Source: Girardia tigrina (taxonomy: Eukaryota). From it: 64,000 nucleotides of DNA. The stretch is taken from the NCBI GenBank assembly GCA_001938485.1, contig MQRK01197175.1:1-64000 (forward strand), read 5' to 3'. Both the position numbers and the translations under genes were made by a program. Below the pieces are notes generated by a model. The model searched no databases, had not been told where the DNA came from, and saw nothing but the letters and a program-made list of their open reading frames with translations. This document shows, in pieces, positions 1 to 12,477 of this stretch (positions are counted from its first letter, which is position 1; each line of letters opens with the position of its first letter).

Positions 1-500
1 AATTCATCGGGCTCTCCAGTTTAGTCAATCAAAATGGCTTAAGCCGTATATCGACTTTAACACCAATCTGAGAACCAATGCCAAAAATGACTTTGAAAAA
101 GATCAGTTCAAACTCTACAATAACAGTGTTTTTGGTAAAACGATGGAGAATATCCGCAACAGAATCAATATTGAGCTGGTATGTGATTGGAAACGGGCAA
201 AGAAGCTGATTGCCAAATCAAATTTCCACAGCAGNNNNNNNNNNNNNNNNNNNNNNNNNNNNNNNNNNNNNNNNNNNNNNNNNNNNNNNNNNNNNNNNNN
301 NNNNNNNNNNNNNNNNNNNNNNNNNNNNNNNNNNNNNNNNNNNNNNNNNNNNNNNNNNNNNNNNNNNNNNNNNNNNNNAAATTCAACCACAATTTACAGC
401 TAATGTATATGGATACTGACAGCTTCGTCTATCAGATTCATACAGAAGATCTGTTTGCGGAGTTTTTTCAAATGGCTCAACATATGGATACATCAGGTAT
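1..500 (+). mobile_element. Maverick/Polinton (adintovirus-like) protein-primed DNA polymerase B fragment
   Basis: Frame +2 reads [46 protein letters not shown] (KxxxNSxFG motif); after the gap, LMYMDTDSFVY (YxDTDS catalytic motif). Truncated near 500. Confidence 0.88.
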
Positions 501-679
501 TATAATTCAGTTAATTTTCAAACCAAAAATGTAAAAAAAAATAAATTTATTATAAATTCACCAAAAATAGACATTATGTATGTAATCATGTTTTTTTTGA
601 ACACTAGCAAACACATCATAATTGGTACAAGAAAATTGTGTAAAATAAATTAGAATAGAATTAAACAATTAAATATGTA

Positions 680-1276
680 CAGTCGTGGTCATAATTCACC
701 AGTTACCCTTAAAAATAGTTAGATTTTTGTACGATCGAAAGCCTCCTTCAACCAGACATCAACGAATGGTTCGTGCGCTAGGCAATTTATCAATGTTAGC
801 TGAGAGATCAGCTTGTATTGCGCGGGAACCAGCAGATGGATTAGTTTTGCAGGATCTCAAAATGACTCGATCTGTCACCTTGGTTGTGATATACGGCCTT
901 CCACTGCGTATCGTATAGGCAAAGGTACCGGTGGCTTGATGAAGACGGAGAGTGTCGGCTACTGCAGGAATATATTGAATTGCAAGAAATATTGAATCGC
1001 AGGGCAATTGCATGGTTCGAGACTCCAGTGTCGTGTAAAGCGACGATTTTTGCCCTCAGAGTGAGTAAAGTTGGTTGCCAGTCATGTCGGAATAGTCACA
1101 AATACTTGACACAAATACTTTTATATATGATAATAGTATAGTGATTATGCTATTGAAGCTGTATTCTTATTGGATGTAGGTTAAGAACATTATTTACATG
1201 CACTTACACACACACGGACGTAGATATTAATTTTCTTTAAAATGCAAGGGTAGGCGGTGAATTATGGCCACGATTG
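680..1276 (-). mobile_element. Internally deleted Tc1-family transposon
   Basis: TIRs CAGTCGTGGTCATAATTCACC / GGTGAATTATGGCCACGATTG flanked by TA; minus ORF 759-1013 has Tc1 HTH features (RSGRPYITTKVTDRVILR...SARTIR); no DDE domain. Confidence 0.85.
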
Positions 1277-3336
1277 TACATATGATATTGAAATTTACTT
1301 TTAACAGGTTTTGTTGAAATTTTGATTTTAAATACGTTTAAAATGGAAACGTGTTAAACGAGTTCCTTGTAAAACTATTTATAGGTGTATTTACAAAAAA
1401 ATTAAAATATTATTTATGAATTTTAATCTAAAATTTTCAACAAAGATATAAATTATTATTCGAAAATCTGTTGAGGATATATGACAAATTGTATCAAATA
1501 AACCTAATTTATTCTTTTAAAAATATCTTGAAATAGTATAAAACGTGTTGCATATCAAAATTATATTAAACATTTTACTTTTAAGGACGATAGAAAATTT
1601 TAATTGAAAAATCGTTTTCCCGACTTAAGTTCACAAGAAGAAACAGTAAATATTTTCAAAGTGAAAAGTCAAATAAAACTTGTGAACAAACAAAATTAAC
1701 AAGTTACTGAATGAAGGTCTTTATTGGAAAATTATTAGACAATATTTTTTATTTTACCACTGCAGATTAGGAATGGATTCATGTCACATTTCGTTGGTTG
1801 TAAGTCAATAATACATTAAATATTTAATTCCTTTTTCTAAACCTTCTTTATATCAAAGAACTTTTTAACGCGATAAAAGAAAAGTCGAAATGAGTTCGAT
1901 GTTGAACCAGAAAAAAAGCTAAATGTATAAAATATCAAACCTAATCCTTAAAGCCTTTTGTGTAAAAATAACATCACTCTTCTCACTTTTAAAATTAAAA
2001 TATTTAGTCTTTTATATTTTTTGTATCTAAATTTATCATTAAATCATTTTTAAATTATAAAATATTTTGTAGTTAAAAAATTAGTAATGAGGAGTTAGTG
2101 AAGTTTTAGTTTCTTGATCAAAATTTAAATAGTTTTTAAAAATTATTTAAAGTTTAAATCAAATTCGGAATTTATAAAAATTAATTAGAATGATGAGATT
2201 TCTGTTATTTAAATAATTTAAGTTTGGTGTTTTTTTAATTATTTTTCTATTATTTTGAATATGTGATATATATGATAAATTTAAACGTTTTCTTTGACTT
2301 ATTTAAAAATAATAAAAAACTTTTTCTTTAATCATTTGCTTTTATAGAATAATTTCTTTTATGTTTAAGTGATGATTTTTTAAGTTGATTGATTTTCTAT
2401 TTTAAAAGATAATTGAAATACTGTATAAGTATTTGGAGAATATTTTAAATTTGAATTTGAAAATATTCTTTATAAACTCATTTGAATTAAAATATTATTA
2501 TTAGTCGAAAAATGAATTGATCAAAATAGATCTGGTTAAGTAACTTTAAAAATGAATAATTTTAGTTAAAATTTGAATTTTATGAAAAAATTAATTTTTC
2601 AAATTTTAAATTAAATTAAGGATATTTAAATATTTAAAATAAAAAATTAGATATTAAATAGAAGTTATTTTCAAAAATTTCAAAAATAGTAAAAATATTA
2701 TAAAATGTTTTTTTTAAAAACGTAAAATTAAAAACAGCATTTAGTATTTTATTTGAAAAACAATATTTTAAAAAACAGTGTTACATATTAAATTTATTTA
2801 TTAAATGAAATATTTAACATGAAAAAATATGGATAATTATTAGTTTAAATAATATCTATTAAAAAGTATTTGTGTTGAAAAATAAATTTTATAGATTTGT
2901 TATTCGTTGTTACAAACAGTATAAAAGTATTAAAATAAACAATTATTGCCATAAATATTATTATTAAAATTTAAAAATTAAATATTATTTTGATTTGACT
3001 GAAATTTTAAATAAATGAAAAACTTTTTGAAAATAGAGATCGACGGATTGATTATTAATTAAGAAAATAGTTGAAAATTTTGTTTGAAAATTGTTTATAA
3101 TACATATATAAATTACCTAAAATGATTTCTGAAATTGATGTTACAAACACCTCTCCCATTAGTATTATTTATTTAAAAAATATCAATTGGAAAGAACGGG
3201 GGATACAAAAAACAAATCCTACCTCTAAAGGTACCACACTCTAGAATAATCATTACTATTTTTTATAATATTTTATCATATTTAATATTATTTAGTATTA
3301 TTTTATTAATACTTTATATTTCCACTTTATTTTTAG

Positions 3337-3367
3337 AGTCTTCAAAAAAAGTTCTCCAAATAATAAA
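3337..3367 (+). CDS. ARRB: Beta-arrestin exon (xVFKKSSPNNK)
   Basis: Pyrimidine tract + TAG acceptor, 31 nt A GTC TTC AAA AAA AGT TCT CCA AAT AAT AAA, GT donor; matches the arrestin VFKKxSPNGK motif and splices in frame to 43569. Confidence 0.85.
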
Positions 3368-3910
3368 GTTAGATTTTTTTTCATGGATTATTCATATCTT
3401 ATTTTAATTAATATTAATTTATTCTTTATATTTTTACTTATTTTAAATTACTTAGTTGAAATTAATTTTACGTTCTTTTTTTTCATTTTCTTAATTACAA
3501 TTCATAACAATAAATTCAAATGTGTTACATCTTCTCAGAAATGTTTGTTTAATTTATTTAATTGTATTTTTACGGAAGTTCTTGTCAAGAGACTCTGATT
3601 GGGAAACGTTTGGAAATATAACTTATATATTTTCCAGGATTTAATATATTATGTTTATTTTATCTGATAATTTCATTATTTTAAAAAAGATACAGACTGA
3701 TTGATTTTTTTTAAAAATCATGGAAATATTTCTTTTATTAAACATCCATCTAAAGCAGTGGTTGCCTGTCACATATGTGAAATTGGCCATGGACTGAGCT
3801 GAAAATATACTGATATATTCTCATACTGAAATATTCTCCTATAAAGTAATCATAGTGTATGCACCCATTGATTGCAGTTACGGAGACGATCAAAAAATTT
3901 TCATTTTTAT

Positions 3911-4365
3911 AAAAGTGGTTCAGTGCGAGTTTTAAGTCTGTGAACCACGCTATTATGGATAGAATTATTCCGTGTGTTACGTGGTTTTATAAAACATCTT
4001 TGGTTACAATGCTGGTATGAAAGAATTCGTTTGATTTCAATTGTTGACTGGTTGTGTATGAACATTTCGGGAAATCACCACCTTCCCTCTGCTAAATATT
4101 CTGAAGCCGGTGGGTCAGCATTAGTTATGCCAAATGAAGTAAGATGGAACAGCATGGATGACTGCCTGACATCATTTATAAGAAACTGGCAAATAATGTG
4201 TATGTCGGTAGCGAAAACCCTTCGCTCAATAAAAAAATAGCTAGTCTGGACCAAAATTTTGACTTGTAAAGAAAAGCTGACGATTTTTGGAAGGTTTTGA
4301 AACCGATTTCTGAGGCATTAGATAGAATGCAGAAAAAATCAACATCCCTTGCCGACAGCGTTACT
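3911..4365 (+). mobile_element. hAT transposase fragment, inverted copy of 5282-5740
   Basis: ORF 3974-4240 (LVMPNEVRWNSMDDCLTSFIRNWQ) is a diverged reverse complement of the adjacent minus-strand hAT. Confidence 0.8.
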
Positions 4366-4555
4366 ATGACTTATATAAAGCAAAAGTTAAGCCTAATTGG
4401 TCTGTTTATATGATGATAGTGGGAGGAGACTTTAAATGCTAGGAAAGTATACCCGCTATGCAAACACGTTTGACAATGAGAAAGATTAGTATCGCTTGCC
4501 GAAGAAAAGGGGTATGAAAGTAGTGAACTCATTCTTCAACTATAATGTGAGTAAA

Positions 4556-5950
4556 TAGGGTTGTTAAAAATCACGATTTTTTTAAAAACTCATTAAAATA
4601 GTTTTTTTAGGTTTATATCAAATTTTTCGGCAAGTAAAAATATGTAATTCAGTTAATAAGATTTTATTTTCTAAATTATTGAACATGGAATCACAAATAC
4701 AGAAAAAAAGAAGCATGTGTATTGAGGAATCAAAATTCAAGAGTTTAATACTTTAAGCATGAAAGTCAGTTTTACTACTTTCCCTGTTTCTAACAGGTTT
4801 CGTACATCGGAATGGACAAATCCGAATGTGGAGAAAACTCTTTCAACGTCAGTCGATGAAGGTACTGTCGTAAACAAACAGCAAACTAGTTGCGTTGTTT
4901 GCTGGTTCAGTTGTTTTTCCAGGGACAACCACCAAATCAATGGCGAAAGCGTTGTATCATTAAGCATATTTGGCGAAAACATGAAGTGATTGAAAAGTGA
5001 TGCACGTGCTTTCAATTTCAGCACATCTGGTAAAGCAGCCGGATGCTTTTCAGAATTGAATTCCTTTGCAATGTTATATTCTTCTGTGAAAATTAAAAAA
5101 TATTTTATTTTATCAATAATCAACACCTCAACCCTACCTTCATTTAATTTTTCAGAAGGTGCGGGATGGAGGAGAAATGCAGCCCAATGTGCGGGAGTGA
5201 GAGCCATATCTAGTCGATTTATGAAAATCTTTTTCAAACTATCAGGACAGCTTTCAAACTGAGTTTCCAGCTCTTTCCAAATACTACGGCTGTCGGCAAT
5301 TGATGTTGAATTTTTCTGCATTCTATCTAATGCCTCAGAAATCGGTTTCAAAACCTTCTAAAAGTCGTCAGCTTTTCTTTTCAAGTCAAAATTTTGGACC
5401 AGAATAACTATTTGTTTTTCAATAAGCGAAGGGTTTTCGCTACATACGGTACACAATATTTGCCAGTTTCTTATAAATGATGTCCGGCAGTCAGCCACGA
5501 TGTTCCATCTTACTTCATTTGGCATAAATAATGCTGACCCAATGTCTTCAGAATATTTAGCAGAGGGAAGGTGGTAATTTCCCGAAATGTTTATAGACAA
5601 CCAGTTAACAATTGAAATCAAACGAATTCTATCAGACCCGCATTGTAACCAGAGATGTTTTATAAAACCACGTAACACACGGAATAATTCTATCCATAAA
5701 AGCGTGGTCACAGACTCAAAAGTCGCACTGAACAACTTTTTTGAAATTTTAATTTTGGTAATGATATGGTAATTAAGCCTAAATTACCGACTTTGGATAT
5801 TCTTATGCTGAATGATGTTTTGACATTTTCTTCCCATTATTTAAAAAAATATACAAAAAGAAATGTGGATCGACTGTTTCTTTTGTGCGAGCTGCAACAT
5901 TTGGAGCTTGTAAGAATTACAGAGAACGAAAAACCGCCCTCGTCAGGATG
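4556..5950 (-). mobile_element. hAT (Ac-like) transposon remnant with disrupted transposase
   Basis: Terminus TAGGGTTGTTAAAAATC at 4556; EVRWN motif and C-terminal dimerisation motif (WWLSL...PSSTDVERVFSTFGFVHSDVRNLL); apparent GT-AG intron at about 5084-5137. Confidence 0.87.
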
Positions 5951-7569
5951 AAAATTAATGATTGGGAGCGAAACGACGTAAGCACAGAGATTAATCGGAA
6001 TTATTATGTCGGTTGTCGATGAACTGGGGGCCGCATTTCAATGGGCCCGGATGCTATCACTTCCCCCACAAAAACCGTACAGTTGATATTCAATATTGAT
6101 AAGATTAAGTTGAAAGAGTCTATTCTTTTCCACACACACTTTCATTACTCATAGTTCCATGTTGAAAATCGTTGGACTTATTCATTACAAATCCTCATAT
6201 TTTTCTGATTGATGGGAAACCCCGTAACGATAGACGTTCCATCACACTCAGCCTGAAACTGATGTACCGAGAGAAGTGAATTGTGCCTTTTTTATAGATA
6301 AAGTAAAATAAAAGATTGCTCTAAAAGACATCTAAACTGTCTACAAAGCCTTCAATGTTGTACTAATGTCGATCCAATGTTTGTATTCTGTCGGATTATA
6401 CGGCCCACGATCTATGCTGTCATTTCTAACAGATTCCTGATATCACTTTGAGTTTAACTTTAGTTGAGGTGTCAAAGGACGAATTTTCACTTTTCTCTGC
6501 TGGTGTTATCTCTGTAAGAAATAAGAATAGTTTCATATGGAAAGGAATTACATGATGTAGAGGACGTCTTGGGAAAATATATGATAAACAAAAAACAAAG
6601 TATAGATAAAGTTTGAAATTAAAATTATATAAATAATGATAGCTGCACTATATATATATATATATATATATATACCTGAAAATTAATAAAGAGAATTACT
6701 AAAATTAATAATTAATGATAATAAAACTAATCACATTTTTAACTATTACATTAAACAATAATTTATCAAAAATTATACCACAACTCATTAATTGTCAAAT
6801 ATTTTTATCGGTGATATTTAATCTGTGTAAACTCGAAATAATGTTTCGGAAACGATACGGATATCCGGAAAGCGTTGTCTGGGTTAGTTCATACGGTTTT
6901 ATGGTTGTCTTCTTGATGTCGAGGGAAATAACAAAGATCGAATTAACTTTTATAAAGTGGTAATCTGTTAAATTTTACTCTTTTAAATCATATGAGAAAA
7001 ATTTTTATTTATAAATAAAAATATAAAATATATTAAAAAGTAGAAAACACAACGAATGTTCGTTAAATAAATCACAATTCTTTTTAAAATTTCCTGATCT
7101 CCAAACAAATAGTGACATAAATCTTTCTAATTTAACATTTTATAAATTTCAGTCTGAATAAAAAATAATTTTCTTACTTTAACAGAACAATTTGATTTTA
7201 AAGATTGCCTGAAACTAAAAGATTAAAAAATTTATTTATGAGATTTTATTTATTTATTACATTTACGAATACTTTGATAATTTTTCTTAAAATTTCATGT
7301 TTTTGCTTGAATTTATCAGTCAAAAATATAATAGTAATTTTATATTTTTTTACAATAAATTATTTAGAATCAACGTCAGGTCACAAACCATTTTAGCATT
7401 GATAAAATTAATTATTCTTTTTTTAGTAGAATTCAAAATAATACTGATTTTAATATTTAATGACAATTATTGGGTTCGAGATTAAGATCAAGATTCATGA
7501 CTAAATTTTATTATGGTAAGTTTTGTATAAATTAAATTTTATTTTTTTACAATTTTTATTAAACTTAAA

Positions 7570-7880
7570 TATGATTTTTAAACCTTTAATTATAAAATAT
7601 TTTTATTGGGATTCTAATTTTAAATTAATTTCATAACATATTTATTTCCATTTTGATTTTTAAAACATTAATTATAAAAATATTTTTAATTTAAATTCCA
7701 ATGTAAAATTAATTTCATAACATATTTATTCCGTTTTAATTTTTAAAACAATTATTAAAAATATAAATTTCTGTGCAAAATTAATTTCATAAAAATGTTT
7801 ATTTCCGTTTTACCGATTTTGAACTTCAATTATAAAAATTCATTTTAATTATAAATTCCCTTTTCAAATTGATTTTCTAA
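7570..7880. repeat. Degenerate tandem repeat, ~90-bp AT-rich unit, 3-4 copies
   Basis: Recurring AATTATAAAAAT...AAATTAATTTCATAACATATTTATT(T)CC blocks. Confidence 0.65.
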
Positions 7881-8238
7881 TAACTTATATAAAAATTATT
7901 TGAACTTATTTTAACTATACATGAGAATTTACATTTTAAATATTCAAAAATTTAAAGTTCACCAAAAACCCCTTACATCAATGACAACTTTCCATTAAGG
8001 ATGCGTCAGAATATACTAAAAGGTTTACCCTGTTCTTTCATGTATTCTTTTCTCAATTGTAAGCGTCAGTATAAATTAATAAATAATTGTTGTAATATAT
8101 TCATTTGTAAATTATATTATTTTTCTGTATTTTCTCTCAACTTGGTAACTGATGTTCCGGATTTATGAAGTTTAAAGTTAAATTAAAAACAAAAAAAACT
8201 TAATTTGTTAATTTTTTTAAAGTGAAATATAATTTATT

Positions 8239-8286
<48 letters not shown>

Positions 8287-8319
8287 GAAAATATAATTTG
8301 ATTAAAGTCTTTTTTATAT

Positions 8320-8367
8320 AATTATTGGACATGTTTCGATGTTTACGTACATCATCATCAGCAATTT
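8320..8367 (-). ncRNA. Minimal type I hammerhead ribozyme (Penelope-type)
   Basis: Minus strand ATTG-CTGATGA-T-GATGT(ACGTAA)ACATC-GAAAC-AT-GTC-CAAT: intact core, stem I ATTG/CAAT, 5-bp stem II, palindromic ACATGT stem III. Confidence 0.88.
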
Positions 8368-8762
8368 TCGGATGTCTAGTATATACAATTAGTATAATAC
8401 AATTTTAAAAGATACATTTACTCTAAAAGGTAACGAAGAAAATAATTATTATTATTTATCAAAGTATTATTGGGTAATAATGGCAAAAGTATTTTAATTA
8501 AAAATTTTAAGTATTGAAATAACCTTACTTTGCCCATTTTGAATGTTAATTGATGGGTTGTAGTGTCTTATTAGTAGAGATTCACAAAACTGTCGTTTGT
8601 AATGTGAATCAAAATCCTTTTGTAGAACAGGAAACTCATCTTTTGAAATGGATGAGGTTCTATCCTTACAACATAATCAATGATCAAGAACCTTACTCGA
8701 TCGACTCATTTGTGAGTGCTCGCTAATCCGGGTTTTGAGATGATGATTTGTCTCTCCGATGT

Positions 8763-9174
8763 GCACCTCGTCTCCTTTCGAGTATTAAGCCTGAGGCTTT
8801 TTAGGAGGCCTGGGACGCTGATGGTTCTCAACGGGTACTCCCCCAATGTTGGGATAATAGCGTACCTTTGTTCCGCCTGTCCGAAGATGCAACGACGTCA
8901 TTGCGACACCCTTCACCGGGATTGATTCATCCAAGATCATTAAGATGCAATCCAACCATCGACAGCGGGGTCACTACTCCCCACAGCCTTCACACCCAGA
9001 TTGTAAAGCGTAGCCTAGTGAATGGATTGCTGGCCCATTCCTGAATACGATCTATTGCCGGCTGTTCCGCAATGAAAGGCTAGCTCTTGGACACTTTAGC
9101 CTAGAGACCGAGATCTCTAGTTACTCAGGGATACTACGTAGAAGTATACCCACTGGCCGCACAGTTGATCCCTG
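8763..9174. mobile_element. Unclassified 412-bp GC-rich insertion with an 11-bp target duplication
   Basis: CTCTCCGATGT at 8752-8762 and 9175-9185; removing the insert and one copy restores the GIY-YIG frame SYIGETNHHL. Confidence 0.8.
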
Positions 9175-9820
9175 CTCTCCGATGTATGAGTTTTGACACC
9201 CGTGACAATTAAATTTATATACCCGATTAGCTTGCAAATCACAAACTGTTTTCGATTTGATTGAGAGGAAACTTTGAACTTTGGATGTGACAGAGACTAC
9301 TTTAGCACTACTTATTGTTCTACAAATACTCTTCTTAAACGCTCTAAATCCTTCAGAATATGGAATTTCAATGATTTGTTTGTATTCTTCAGTATTTTCT
9401 TCTTTTAATTGTTTTTTAACAATATTATTATCTATTTTTATCTAATACAATTATCTAATCGATAATAAATTATTTATTTAGATAATTTAATGCGTAATAA
9501 ATTATTTAATGCGAATATTTATACAAAGAAATCTAAATATTACCTTGTTTATCTGCTATCTTATTTCAAACGTGTCAAACTGCCATTATAATTATAGAAA
9601 ATAATCTTGGAAAATAAAATAGTTTTTACCTTTTAAGTTAAACATGAAATTTAAAATTTCAATACTTAAAATTTTTAATTAAAATATTTTTTTGCCATTA
9701 TTACCCAATAATACTTTGATAAATAATAATAATTAATTTCTTCGTTACCTTTTAGAGTAAATATATCTTTTAAAATTGTATTATTCAAATAATTCAATAT
9801 TCATATACTAAACATCCGAA

Positions 9821-9868
9821 AATTACTGATGATAATGTATGTAAACATCGAAAACATGTCCAATAATT
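9821..9868 (+). ncRNA. Degenerate hammerhead ribozyme copy in the inverted pseudo-LTR
   Basis: ATTA-CTGATGA-T-AATGT(ATGTAA)ACATC-GAAAAC-AT-GTC-CAAT; stem mismatches and an extra A relative to the 8320-8367 copy. Confidence 0.72.
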
Positions 9869-9870
9869 TA

Positions 9871-10225
9871 TCTTATAAAAGCCCAAGTCACTCAGTGCCT
9901 GCCTCACTGCCTCACTATCGCTGTAAGGTAAATTTTTGAAATGATTTTATAATCAATAAAGAAATGATTGTATATTAATAAATAAATATTAGACTGATAT
10001 TAGAATGAATGCGATTTTTGTAACCGTAATTTCTTAAATATCATTTTGTCTCGAGATATGATTTTCAAACTTTGCATTAAACAGAAATAAAAACTTTTGT
10101 TATATGATTTTTTATACTCGAAACACTGAAATTTTCAATAAAAATGCTTTCAGAAAAAAGTCGCGTGATCTAATAACATTGAACCCCCGGCAAGAGAGGG
10201 CCGCGAAGCGGGCCGAGCGCGCTAN
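9871..10225 (+). mobile_element. Non-autonomous Helitron, copy 1
   Basis: A|TC 5' end (TCTTATAAAAGCCCAAGTCACTCA), GC-rich 3' subterminal sequence then CTA(G) running into a gap; near-identical to 27819-28169. Confidence 0.82.
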
Positions 10226-10599
10226 NNNNNNNNNNNNNNNNNNNNNNNNNNNNNNNNNNNNNNNNNNNNNNNNNNNNNNNNNNNNNNNNNNNNNNNNNNN
10301 NNNNNNNNNNNNNNNNNNNNNNNNNNNNNNNNNAAAAGCTTTAATCAAATTATATTTTCGAAATACTAAACTTGCGTTCACAAGACTGAATAATATATTT
10401 AAATATATATATATATATATATAATATTTCTTTAATATAAGAGATCCTTTTGTAAAAATAAAAAAATAAATAACGATTCGATGAATTTTATACTTTATAG
10501 TGTGTTTATGTTTGCTAAATAAGGCAGGAAAACATTTCAATCATGAAAAAGATATTTGAGTCTCGAAAGATCTCATTGAAATATATTTTGTTCATTAAA

Positions 10600-10914
10600 A
10601 TGTTGAATGTGAAAGGAAAATTGTTTAACAACCAAATCAACAATTCAATACCGATAGTCTGTCTTATGTCGGTGATCTTCATCCTGAAGTGACTGAAGCA
10701 ATGATCTACAAGAAGTTATTTTCGTACATATCAGTTTTTTCGATTCGCGTCTCGCAATATAATCACTTTCAAGTCGCTCGGATACATCTATGTAAACTTT
10801 CAAAACGCCTCGGACTCCGAATCCGTGCTAGATCGAATGAATTTCGACACCATGAAAGGCTGATCTATCAGAATAAAATGGTCTCAACGAAATCCATTGT
10901 TACGTAAATCTGGG
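10600..10914 (+). pseudogene. PABPC: Poly(A)-binding protein RRM1 pseudogene fragment
   Basis: [17 protein letters not shown]...[47 protein letters not shown] with frameshifts and a stop; ends after RRM1. Confidence 0.88.
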
Positions 10915-11929
10915 ATTGCAGAACGTGTACTGATTCTCCTTAGGACCACAACCAATGATTGACCGATCGAAGACCAGCAGCCACTAGCCACATCTGAGTA
11001 TTTCGAAATATGTTCTATTCTGCGGGCTTGCGGAACTGCCCCTTCGTGGACATCGCGATCATGGTGATTTAAAACTAAGAAAATTCTGGAAAACAACTGC
11101 AAATGACATGATGATCCTTTTCATCATTGAAATTTATTTGTAATATATTGAATGAAACACGTATTATGGACTTCTTACATATTAACCGTTATACTTTTTG
11201 AGTACTTAAGGTTTGATTACATTATCTATCACTGCTGTGAAAAATGTCACTATGATGAAATGAGTTAAATAAAAGTTTATTTCCCGGTTAAAAGGTAAAC
11301 ATTATTTTATTTATTTTCCGTTACATGTCTCCTATAAATTGATAGGCATAATACGAAGGATATAAAATATTTTTAAATAAATATTCAGTTGAAATATTTG
11401 CTATAAAATTAGAGATAAAAGATTCTTCTTTTTTCGTCAATGTAACAAAAAAAGAAAATACAAATTATTATTTAATTTTAAGGACACTTTAATATATTAT
11501 TTTTGTTATCTTTAAAGTTTTATTACGTTTTATAATATGAATATAATTAATACTAATTATTATTTAAAAATGTTTAAGCAATGAATAAAGTTTTGGCAAA
11601 TGGAAATAATTTTCATTGTAAATATATGGCACCGCCGGGATTAAGATTTTGTCAGACAAAATGACTTGTAATGCGATAAAATTAACTGGTCACGAAAGTA
11701 AAATCTGTAAAAAAAACTTTTCACATTAGAGAAATCTTTGAAAAGCATAACTAAAAAAGAAGTTCCTTTAGTTAAACTCCATAATTAAAGCATAAAACTT
11801 CTCCGTAACTGTTCCTAATTATATATATCCTTAACTTTATAATCCCTAAAGTGTAAAGACAGTTGAAGGTAACTACTGTATCTCAAACTTTCTTTATATA
11901 AAATTAATAAAAATAAAGTATTTATTTTA

Positions 11930-12477
11930 GAAATATATATTACAAACTATTAAAAAAACAAAGAATACAACAAAAGGATAAAGAAGCAGTCCAAGAATTC
12001 AAAGATCTTCCAAGATAACGAAGAGCACCGCAATAATTACCGCTATCTATTTGAACTTCCTAAAGCTGTAAAAACATTAAAAGAGATTGAAGAAAGGAGA
12101 TACATAAATATTCCAGACACTTATGCAAATGTTAGTTCAATAAGATGGAACAGTAAGGCAATATATTCACTGATGGCTGAATTGGCACTGGAATTAAAAG
12201 ATAAAACATTATAGATTTAAACAATTTCGTTGTTTATCAATGGGCTCCTGTTTGGTTCTGCGTCAGCAATGTAGTGGATTGGACCCAGCTAAAAATATTA
12301 TCATTTATGTATACTAAAATACTTACTAAACACGATTTAAAAAATAATGTGGACTACAACCCATTTACAAATGAAGCTGTTGAGAGAATCTTTAGACTAG
12401 CTAATGAAAAGATTGGCAGATTTACTTTTTTTAATGTGAGAAATTCTCTTATTAGATTTTGCCAAAGACACTTGTAA
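11930..12477 (+). mobile_element. Degenerate DNA transposase C-terminus (hAT/hATm-like)
   Basis: SSIRWNSKAIYSL and PFTNEAVERIFRL motifs across frameshifts. Confidence 0.5.

Larger units (their letters stand above)
8283..10365 (-). mobile_element. Penelope-like element, 5'-truncated, with inverted pseudo-LTRs
   Basis: Minus strand encodes a GIY-YIG endonuclease (VYKFNCHGCQNSYIGE/TNHHLKTRISEH, split by an insert); 8283-8520 is repeated inverted at 9655-9870 plus 10334-10365, where a Helitron interrupts it. Confidence 0.88.
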
